NCBI RefSeq assembly: GCF_964204645.1
Contig: NC_134028.1
Location: forward strand, 4,278,001-4,342,000
Reading direction: 5' to 3'
DNA length: 64,000 bases
From: Tubulanus polymorphus
Lineage: Eukaryota > Animalia > Nemertea
Part shown: piece by piece, positions 39,561-50,700 of the stretch
How the letters are laid out: each line of letters begins with the position of its first letter
How positions within the stretch are numbered: position 1 is the stretch's first letter
The notes under the pieces: generated by a model
Seen by the model: only the letters and a program-made list of their open reading frames with translations
What the model was told of the DNA's origin: nothing
Databases searched by the model: none
Translations under genes and position numbers: made by a program

Positions 39561-41379
39561 CGCTGTAACTTCTCTTAAAATCGTTAAGAGATAATTGCCC
39601 CTGATTTTGAATGGGCACTTTTCAATTTTTAGGGCCATTATTCAAGTTGGCCACGAATCAGTAATTTACTCGAATGATTAGAAACTGCTCCCTGGTAGCA
39701 ATCGAAATAGGCATCGAAATATGTCTGAATGAGCAATTCAATCAATCAACAATTATTTTCGTAATAATTACTGTTGAAATACTGCTTCTTTTTGAATACG
39801 TTGCCAACTACTGACTGACTGTAGTGAGAGGACTGCAGCCTAAGGACTTTGAAGATTGTTGTTGAGTTGCAGTCCACGTTCAGTCCACGTTTTTTTTACC
39901 GAATGACCTTGGATTAATTTTCTCCCCGGCAAGACTTGTGATTAAAATGGTGAAATTGTGAGCGTATTTCATTCCTAATTTCAACCAGGGAACTGCTCAG
40001 AATGCATCAACATTCGTCTGATTTTCCAATATTTCGTAAGTTTGGTGTTTCGCATTTGTGGCGCTCGCTGTCGATGGCTGAGCTGTCATTAATTCCCACA
40101 CACGTGTGTAATATAGTGTCCCAATATTCCATGTTCTATTTCTCAAAAACGATGTCCCCAGGACGCTTCTGTAGTAATCGCTTTAAATCAATTTTCAGAT
40201 TCTCTTCATTTGCCTTCAGCAGCACGCGGCACGGACTATTTGAAGATATTAGTTAGTAATCCTAGTGTTTCCACAAGGAGGGGACACATTTTCTGAAATA
40301 AACTGTACAATTTATAGGTGGAACAATGATGTCACGGACAAAGACAGAGAGACTATTGTTCTATAATATTTCCAGCAACATTTATCATTGATTAGATTCT
40401 ATTGAAGTCAGTTTATTTCAAGCTGTGACTTCTTGTTTGCTGGACAGAATTATTTAAAGGCACTGTTGAACTTATTATACTTCAAGAAATATTTATGTAC
40501 CAGATGCAGTTTTATCTAGTTTTAGAGTACTAAATCCTCTCCTGATTATTGTGGGATTCTCTACATGTTTTATCAATGGTTAGATTATTTCTCTTTATGA
40601 CAGTTAGAGATTATTTTGCTATTTTTCACGTTCATATCATTTTATATGAAAGTTATTTCGTCCTCCGCAGTTTAAGTATTTGAAATTTTATCAGGGTTTC
40701 AATTTGTCTAGTTTATATGACGTTATAGCTCATAGACGTTTGATCGATGCATTATTCCAGACTCTAATTTGCTTAGATCCTTATTTTTGACTTTATTAAT
40801 TAGTGCACAGATTATGAACTCATTTAGGGTATAATCTTAAAGTGGGCCGGACACTAGTGTCAAAGCCACTGCAACAACTACGCCACGGCAATTCATCAGC
40901 GACATTGACGCCGAATGTTTTCCCCGCATATTAGTATCAACGACGCAGTTTCAAGCGCTGCATCTGTCACTATTGTAGGTCAAGTGATTACTATTAATGA
41001 ATGATATGATCTCGTCGCGCGCTTTCGCGTTGTAACTTAATCCTGCGGCACTGACGCAGAATTAGGCGCACACACCGCACCAAAAATATTAAGCATGTCA
41101 GATATCGGGGTCCAAAAACGACTGAAAATTCCCCCCCGCACACTAGGTGATTTTGACGCCGGTGTACTTGTTATGGCAGCTTTGATGCTATTGTGGGACC
41201 CGCTTAACCTTAATGCATCTGATCAATCCAATTATGGTCAGTTTTCAAAACATGCAACGCTCAATTTCATGATGTATGCGTTTGTTTGTTCAGCAGTGAC
41301 CATTTAATGGCTAAAAACTGCTCCGCGTGTAATGTATCAAAATTCTGAGTAATTCTTAAAATCTAGTGCTACCTTTGTA

Positions 41380-41735
41380 TAGTTACTGAACCAAGACCAA
41401 GAACCAAACTTTGCATTTACTCTTATCGAACCTGGCCCATGTAAGTCACCTTAAACGAGGGCCAAGAGCCAAATTAATTCTCATGTTATCAAACCAAAGC
41501 CGTGAGCTAAATTTACTCTCTGCGGTCACCAAATCAGAACCATGGACCAAACTCTGCCTCTTTGGTCACCAAACCAGGGACTTGAACCAAACATTGACTC
41601 TTTCGTCACCAAAAACAGTGCCCTGAACCAAACATTGACTCTTTGGTCACCAAACCAGGGTCGTGAACCAAACTGACTCTAGGTCACCAAACCAGGGCCG
41701 CGAACCAAATTTTGACTCTTTGGTCCCCAAACCAA
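41380..41735. repeat. ~38-41-bp minisatellite
   Basis: TTTGGTCACCAAACCAGGG..TGAACCAAACATTGACTC repeated 4-5 times clearly, with more decayed units upstream. Confidence 0.85.
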
Positions 41736-43089
41736 ATCTATTTGTGAATAAAATGATTTATGTGGAACAAATGACGTTGTTAATGTAAGAATCATCTGGA
41801 TACAATATAGTTTATCAGTGCTGCTGCTGCTGCTGCTGCTACTGGTTTTATTGGCGGCAGCTGTGAGGGATTCTAGTCTAAATCAACAAACAATGTTACT
41901 GTCATTTGACATTGATTTATTGCTGCTTGTCTCTACAAGACATATAAATTTGATCCCAGTTGGAACTGATGAGTGTCATTGAGAAGACAAATGATAAAAT
42001 GAGAAAAGCCAATAAGAGAAAGCCATATGAAAAGAAAAATATGAAGCGAATGTAAAACAGCATAAAATGCTGATATAAAGAGTGGGGTCTGAGAGCAATT
42101 CGAAGGTTTAGTGTCTTGCACGCTTAGAGGGCGGGCAGGGGTCTATTCCTACCTCGACTCAAAAAATTCTGTCGGCTGAAACAAAAAAGAGTGAAAAAGA
42201 AAAATGAAAAATGGCAAATGATGAAATATGGCTGAAGTTTTATGCGTTCCGCTGGGTTCAAGTGTAACTTAAAAGACAATGAAACAGATTATTAATTATC
42301 TGTTTTACAACATAATTATAGACATCTGTAGTTTATAAGCATTGATTGATAAATCTTAGGCATAGGATTCCATAAAACAACTTGCTCATTTAAAGCCTCT
42401 AGCAGTAGCAGTAGTAGTAGTAGAGAGATAGAAATGTCTAATCTGACTATCAACTGTCATTGGTCCCACAATGGTTTCATAATGAGAATGATCGCATGTT
42501 GAATTCATAATCATAGCCTTGTTCATTTTTGATCTATCTGAATCAACCATCATTCTTGTCCTTGGTTGGTGTTTGCCCTCCACCCAACATTGTGAGTGTA
42601 GAGTTTTGGTCTGGTTCTGGTGAACCATCCATATTTCCCTCCCAACAATGTTAGTTTAGTTTCTTTGGTTTGGTTTGATAATTCAGAGATGAATACCTCC
42701 ACAACTGAAACTCGCTCCGTTTGATAAATGAAATCTAAATGCCGTTATCTAGCAACATGCCGTGAAACTTAAATTGATTTGAACAATCCCCAACATGATA
42801 CCAGCGTATGGTCACATAATTACTAATTGGATGGCTAAGAAAAAATAGAAAGGAATAATTTGAATAAATTCCTCAATTGTTAAAGGAATCATCTATAAAA
42901 ATGAGGCCTTGTGATTTTCAACACTGTTGGTATTTGATCATTTGAATTCCTCCATCTCTGAGTCTTGTGGATGATGCAATCGATTGGGTATTCGATTTCT
43001 TGATGAAATTGATATTATCGTGAAAAATGGCAAATCATTTTTGGAGGTATTGTACAGACGAGTGATGTCATAGGAAGAGACGAAAGAGT

Positions 43090-43440
43090 TGAGGAGGCTT
43101 GATGGGAGGGCATTGAGGGAGGCTAGGTGGGAGGGCATTGAGGGAGGGCATTGTGGGAGGCTAGTTGGGTGGGCATTGAGGGAGGCTAGGTGGGTGGGCT
43201 TGATGGGAGGGCATTGAGGGATGGGGTCAGGGAGGGTGAGAGGGATGGGGTGTGGGAGGGCAGGAGGGAAGGGGTGTGGGAGGGCGGGAGGGAAGGGGTG
43301 TGGGAGGGCGGGAGGGTAGGGGTGTGGGAGGGCGGGAGGGTAGGGGTGTGGGAGGGCGGGAGGGAATGGGTGTGGTAGGGTGGGAGGGAAGGGGTGTGGG
43401 AGGGCGGGAGGGATGGGGTCTGGGAGGGTCAGGACGGGAG
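43090..43440 (+). repeat. G-rich minisatellite (24-bp unit GGGAGGGCGGGAGGGAAGGGGTGT) plus GGGAGGGCATTGAGGGAGGCTAG units
   Basis: Read directly. The unit is almost identical to that at 38993-39120 and on the same strand. Confidence 0.92.
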
Positions 43441-43651
43441 GTTAGGTGAGTTGAGGTGTTAAGATGTTTTAGTTAGACAGTTGGGAATTGTGAAGATGAG
43501 AGAACAAATCACTGTTTAATCACAGGATGAAGTAATGCAGAGATCTGTATTCTGTATCTGCACTATGTCACATGTTTCTGTAACTGTTCAATCAGTCCGA
43601 AATCTAAAGCTGTATATAATATAGAGATTGTGAACACATCTGATTGGGACG
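43441..43651 (-). repeat. Right arm of the inverted repeat (partner 38730-38945)
   Basis: Reverse complement of the left arm, with scattered substitutions and small indels. Confidence 0.9.
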
Positions 43652-44447
43652 TCTCTGTTGACGTTTTGAATTATTTTCGAACTAGAAACTACTGTTTAAC
43701 TCTCATCTGCTGTTTTACTCTTTATTTCAGAAAAACACGGCACCAGCAGCTGGTAAAAGCTGTTTGGAGATGTATCAGTATTCATTATCAATCTGTTTAT
43801 TTTTCATATCACAACAGTTTGAGGTGAGTTTTCAATCATTCAAATACTGATCAAAGTTGAAATCATCAACGTCTTATGTTTTTCATATATATTTTTTTAG
43901 TGGACAGAGCTATGGAGGTCTTAGCGCCCAACAACAACCATCAATACCGCTAGCTGAAAAACATTGAGGAAAATGGTGAGATATGGTTTGAAACTGCTCT
44001 TATTTCATAACAACTTATGTAATGTATGCTTCTCTACAAAATCTGTATTCTAGGGGCCAAAATGAAGGTGAACCATTGCCTATCTGCAAACAGTAAACAT
44101 TGCGTTCTACCAAACACAAGTCAGAAGTGGGGAGTTTTCGATTTATTGCAGTAATTTGTGGTGTGTAAGTAATTTTCTCTACATAGTTCAACCTGGTGCT
44201 TGCTTGTTTACAGCCTTAGGGTTCAATTATCTATGTCTTTATTTCGGGAAGTCATCAGTATGGCTCTTGGATGTGAAATCCTGCTAGAAAGTGAAATAGT
44301 CTGCATGGTCAAAAGGCACTAAACTAATCCGATAATCCGGTGAGTTTTTCATCACTCCACTGTGCTCGAATTTGATAATAACCCGGCGATATATTATTCT
44401 ATACAGTATTTTTGTGTGTCCTTCTCTCAAAAGCTTTGTATAAGAAG

Positions 44448-44498
44448 TGCTGCTGGTGCTGCTGGTGCTGCTGGTGCTGCTGCTGCTGCTGCTGCTGC
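44448..44498. repeat. (GCT/GGT)n trinucleotide microsatellite
   Basis: TGCTGCTGGTGCTGCTGGT...(GCT)n. A shorter (CTG)n lies at ~41819-41840. Confidence 0.9.
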
Positions 44499-45900
44499 AT
44501 CCCCAATCAAAATCTCCTTGGGAAATATCGTGGACAATATGCTACAATAATCAAAGGTGAGAAAAATAGTACCGGGTAATTTTCAGAAAAGCAGACGCAT
44601 GTAATGTTTCTTTATTTCACTATTCAATTTCTCTTTACAGAATGAAATCCACACAGCACCAGAATTTTACAAATTTCACATATTTCAAAAGACCTGGTTC
44701 AAAGTTAACCTTGAACATATTGCTAGATCCTCCTCACATGCATCCTGATAATTCTGCAAACTCTGGCAGTCAGAAATTGGAGACGAAAGCTGTGAGCTTC
44801 AATCTGAAACAGCTCTCATTTCATAACGACTTAACTGACAATTCATAGCATTTATACATTTGTATTTTAGGAGCCATGATAAGCGGAACCTTTGACAGAA
44901 TCTGTGAACACTAAACACTAGGAATTCACTGAAGATAATTCACTGAAGATTTCTAAATGATGGACATTGGTTTAGATCCTCAAAATAAGTATGGTGAGTT
45001 TTATATCAATTTATTGCATTAATTTGTAGTGATTTATCAGTTTTAAAATATGTTTATCATTTTTCGTCCGGTTTCGAAAGAATTATCTTCAAATCAAGTC
45101 AGCAAAATGGTGGGTCAGAAATCTGCATACACTCAACGGATTGTGATAAACTACTCAAAAGGCTGGTGGGTTTTCTGATAACACAAACATGCTGCAGTTT
45201 CTATTTATTTCACGAATTATTTTCTGGCATAATTTTTCTCTTTACAGAATGCGATGCACCAGACACATTGCAGCTGAAGGAATTGAGGAAATTCATTTTC
45301 AAATAAAGAAGAAGCTCGTTGTTGCTCAAGTTGCTATTAATTCTATAAGAAACTAAGTAATTTTTGCTACAAAATTCAACCTGGTTCTCGCTTGTTATAA
45401 AACTTCGCGGTTCATTTATTTTGTAAATTCATTTTTTTCAGTAAATCATCAGTGCTCTTAACTTAATGACATTATGGCTCTTGGAAGTGAAATCCTGGAA
45501 ATGGAAATGAAAATCTGGAAATGGAAATGATCTGCATGGTCAAAATGGTACAACACTTAAAAGACCGCCTTGGTGAAATCCAGCCTCAGAAACTTGAGCT
45601 TGAACTTATCAGATAAACACAAGTTTTAAAATGGTTGGTTTTTCTAATAATATTTAGCCCCAATTTCTGACTGCTAGAGTTTTGCATTGTAAATACGATG
45701 CTATTGTTCTCACAGTATGATTTTTTTGCAGCATGAAATTTGTCCAATTGAAAGTTGATCAAAGATTGAATCATGGTGTTTGATACGGTAACTATAAAAC
45801 TCTTGTTTCTGAAGTATTTCATGAAATTTCCAATTGACTGTTAATCTAATCCAACATTTGCGATGTAATATTTGCAGACACAAGTTTTCTCTTATTCTAG

Positions 45901-46149
45901 GACGAAGTGGGGATCAATATGCCATTTGACAGGGACACCGACCAATACGCCGTCTACCTTGAGAATGATATACTGCCACTTACTGCAGACATCTGCAATT
46001 TTTAAGTTTAAAGCCAAATGAAAATGTTTATATTGTGCCGACCAGCAGTACAGACCTACTGTTGTTCTGTTTGTGATGGTTTCATTTACTGCGAATCATG
46101 TATCCATAAAAAATGGAGTCATCCCCTGATTCGTCTCACAATGCTGTGA
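45901..46149 (+). pseudogene. Possible decayed exon encoding a ZZ-like zinc finger
   Basis: After a TTCTAG acceptor, one frame gives *KCLYCA and an adjacent frame gives YCCSVCDGFIYCESCIHKKWSHPLIRL*: three CxxC pairs plus two His, interrupted by a stop and a frameshift. Confidence 0.35.
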
Positions 46150-47753
46150 CGTCATTTTTGCTGTAGAATTAATTGCCTGTTCACTGAATAGATGATTTGA
46201 ACCCGCTATATACAAATTCAAAAGATTAAACACGTAATTTATTTATCAAGAATCAGAATCAAAATAAATTTAAGTAAATGAAGAAATAACTAGAACAACC
46301 AATGCACAAAATAACAAAACCTCTCAACCTGAGCACATAACACCCCCGCGCGCTACTTTTTCGATTAACTTTTTCTTCCTATTCATTCCCCTATGTTTTA
46401 GTTATTTCTTCACATCTGACAATGGTCTCTAGAGAGACTCCAAGACGTTGTGTCTTTTAATTCTTTTAAATTTGTATAGTCTTAATCTTATTTTGATTTT
46501 TACTGAAAATTGAAATTGAAGAAAAATGATGGGCTTTCTGAGATAGAGATCAAGGGTATGAGATATTTAACACACTCCGTGTAATTGTATTAGTTTGTAA
46601 TTGTTTCTACCTCAGAACCCAGTTCCACTGTTCTGGGCATGTACGTATACACTTGTATAATAATGTATTGTAAATGGGCTTATAGTCCCACAGTAAATGA
46701 AAGTTGACAAATGTTGACACGTTTTCTTTTAAAAATCATGGGACACTATTTTGTATGAACTGTTGTATCGTGTTATTTGAAATAAATATATATTTTCTCT
46801 GTTGTTCCATTTGTGATCACAGACGCCAGCAGTTTCATAGACTCTGCGTCACGTACAATGTAAGGTTTATCATGTAACGTTATAAACCTTACGTAGGTAT
46901 GATTTACTCCAACAATTGCTTAGAACATATTTCATTTTGAAGAAAAAATCCAAACGTTGATTCCTCTTATGATTGTTAAACGACCATGTAGACCCGGTTT
47001 CACTAACATAGTTTAAACTTAATCCTCAATCAATGTAAGAGTTTATTGTGAAACTTGACCCTGATGAAATACTTTGTACTCGGTGTACGCGTATGAAACT
47101 GCAGGCTTCTAAACTGAAACTCGCAAAACCTACCCAGGGTCCTACAGTTCAGGCGCTGTCTGTGCCCTCGAAAAATTTTGGTTTCGGTTGAGATCAAAGT
47201 GCACACAATCTATGAGCCATAAAAAATAATTGCCTTCCTACTAGGCCTAAACCATATGTGAATGCAGGGTCCGATCTAATGAATGAAAGCCACTTGCCCG
47301 GGGCCAAGCACATCTGAAATTTCACCTGACGCCTCAAAAAATCGGGAAACTAGTTTTCAGACATTAAAATGTGTTTAGTGGGACCCTGGAATGAAAATGA
47401 ACTCTCCGAAGTTTAGGAAGGCAATATATATGAGGTACTTTCGTTTTGTCAAAAGGGTATTTCTAAAAAAGAAAATGTACTCGTCGTAGAATTGAAAAAG
47501 GGCAAATTATGCCCAAAAATCTTTAAAAAGGCGAAGACCCAGTCAATTCATTCTTCGCCTTTCTATTAATGATGATGAAATTAATCTGTTTCATGAGGGT
47601 TAGTTTTATTCAACGTTTCGACTATAAACCAATAGTCATCTTCGCGAATACTGAGGTACAACAGAAATTGTGAAAAATATATGCGATCCAGAAGAAAGAG
47701 ACTAATTAAGCTACCAGCTCGAGGAAACATGTTCGCATCTGAAAAATGACCCT

Positions 47754-50700
47754 TTACTTTTCTTGATGTCGAAGTCCAGAAGATTTTACTGATCTATTTG
47801 GTTGTCGTTTTCTGTGTTTATTTCGAATTTGAATGGATTTCATATCGATTGTTAGAATGGTGTAAAGAAGTGGGTTCAGAGTTGAGTTTATCGGTAAGAA
47901 AAGCACGGCCAGCCAAGCAGCAACCTGGTTCGGTATCTCGACTAAAAATATAGCGCAAAATTGAACAATTATTAGCGGCAACCAGCAAAATAAGTTAGAC
48001 AAATTTATGACCAAACTGCGTCGAGCTAGAACGAGTTCTGTAGGATCAGCTCTACCCGAACCGGACCTGCTTCCAGATACGTACTTGTATATCTGCATGT
48101 ACGACATCATTATCAGAGTGAGGATGATCGCGTTTAATACAGCGAATATAGCGAACGAATATTGCCAGCCATTGACATCTACAGATATAAGATTCATAGG
48201 TAAACAGACACCTGTGTTACCGTAAAAATCATCACCAAAATAAGACGAACGAGATAGCGGCAGAAAGGCAATCAAACTCAGGATTATCCAACATAAACAA
48301 GATAGAATCGAAATACTTGTTGAGGATACGAGCGAGTTGCCAGAAAATGGATCAAGGATATTTGAATATCTGAAACGCGTGAGCAGAAGGAGAAATGTTA
48401 AAGAGCCTTCACAAGATATCGTCACCACAATTCCGGCTAAACTACATAATGAACTACGAGTCCAAGTTTCAGAATTCATAAAATATACACCTTTATACAC
48501 GTAATCAGTTGCAGCGATCAGAAACAGATAAACAGACATCAGGAAATCACAAAGCGCGATATTAATGATGAGGATATCTGACGATCTATTTTGCGTTTCT
48601 GATGATGCTCGAATCGACCTAAAACGAAATAAGATAACATTAATATTGGAAACGAATGAAAAACAAGCGATGATCCAGATGACTGCTCTGAGAACAGTGT
48701 TATCAATGAGGTCTGAGCACGATGAAAATTGATCAGGATCCGGGAGACACCGGTCAATGTTGGGTACCATGCAGCAGAATTTATACGCGTCCGAAGCGAG
48801 AAAATATAACGATGTCAGATTATCGAAGATATTATTTTCCACAGAAATTATCCGAGAGTTGTTGGTAAAATCTAAAACTCCCAGAGACCTTAACCCAGAA
48901 AACGCGTATCTGGATATTGAATTGATCGCGTTACTGCTGACATTTAGATGTTTCAGCGCTGGTAAACCTCGGAATACGTTACGAGTAAGAACTGAAATGA
49001 AGAGACCGTGGAGATCGATAATCGGAAGTGATGTCAAACCATTGAAGCTACCATCGTTCAAATATCTCAGCGGATTTCCAGTGAGTAAAAGTTGTTTTAA
49101 ATTGTTTAAACCAGTGAATGTATTAGCTGGTAGTGAAACTAGGCGATTATACGACAGATCTAATGTATTTAGATTGCGTAGATTAGAAAACGCGTGGGAG
49201 ACAATGCCAGATAGATCATTGCGGGATATATTCAATATAAAAAGGTATAGAAAAGAGGAAAATGTCGATACATTAAATGAAACTCGGTTATTCGATAAAA
49301 TCAAAACTCGAGTCGACGCGGCAAAAATTCCAAAAATATCTGATAGAAAAGCATTTTTACAATCAATGAAACGACCTTGACATTTACAATATCTAGGACA
49401 CGTGACATCACAGTAAGCCTCGTCGTCCGAATTATGTTTACAGTTAACGACGCCATCGCAAACTTCCGACTGAGGTATACATCTATGTTCATCACCGCAT
49501 TTAAACATCCCTGGACACGAAAACGTTTCACAATTAAGTTCATCTTCTGAATGAGGACAATCTGATCGACCATCGCACACGTGTCTAATCGGTATACAGT
49601 AAGACGATGGACACTTCACTGTACCAACTGGACATTCAAACTCACTACAATGCAGTAAATGTTCGAGTCTTCTACAAACAGGAAAACCTGTCGACCTTCT
49701 TTCTAAAATACACCTATCTCTTCTCGCATAACAATGAGGAGAACTAAATGAACATCTTTGTTTATCTGATTCTGTACAGAGTGAAGTGAAATTGGCCGTG
49801 CAGTAGTTCTCTGTAGTGCATTGAACTTGTGGTTTAATTGTTATGTTGGTTGTTACTATTTCATCGTCTTCGAGGTCCCCACCACAATCTACAACGCCAT
49901 CCCGATACAACAGAGAACTGATACAATTGCCATTTACACACGAAAACCCGTTACATTTGTCTGAAGAGCAGCCGATCTCATCGGATTTATCTTCACAATC
50001 TACCAGTCCATCACACCGTTTGTATTTACCCATACATTGTCCATTGTTACAGGTAAACTGTTCAGATGAACATATATCATGATAGCACGAGTCCTCATCA
50101 GATCCGTCAGCGCAATCTCGTACAAAATCACATAACTTACTGACTGATATAACTCGTCCATCTAAACACTGGAACTGACTCAGTAAGTTAGAACCCGAAC
50201 AATCCAGTTCATCTTCACCGTGTTGACAGTCGTTTCTGGCATCACATACGCGATGGTCGCTGATACATCTTTGATCGTTGCATTGAAACTGCCACGATTT
50301 ACAACCGCTTACAGAGACTAACTCGTCACTTGTTACATTGTTGGAACATAGCACGGAATGCGCTTTATCTGTGACATTATTAAACGTCGTCACTGACCAT
50401 TTCACTGTTTTGGTATATGTTATCCAATCTTTAATTACAACTGGTTTTATTGCCACAGTTCTTCCGATTGTATCATGTGACAGTATAGCTCCATATTGAT
50501 ACTGATAATCGAAAACATTTATCCAATGCTGAACCGCAATATTAGATGTTATTATACCTATGTCACCGCCGATTTTAAGACACATTTCTCTGGCTGCCTG
50601 GATTGTGAGACTTTCAGTTTGGAGCGTTTGCCAGGCTGTAAGTATCTGATAGCAACGCGTTTCAATATGGACCCACCCTCTTAGACACGTGGAATTAAAT

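Noticed and set aside
41380-41735. Regularly spaced repeats as a CRISPR array
   Set aside because: Units are contiguous with no unique spacers, there are no cas genes, and the context is eukaryotic.
38972-43449. Gly/Arg-rich ORFs at 38972, 43190 and 43252
   Set aside because: Translations of stop-free G-rich minisatellites.
48757-49380. 207-aa plus-strand ORF
   Set aside because: Antisense shadow of the LRR-coding region of the receptor; non-ATG start and no recognisable motif.
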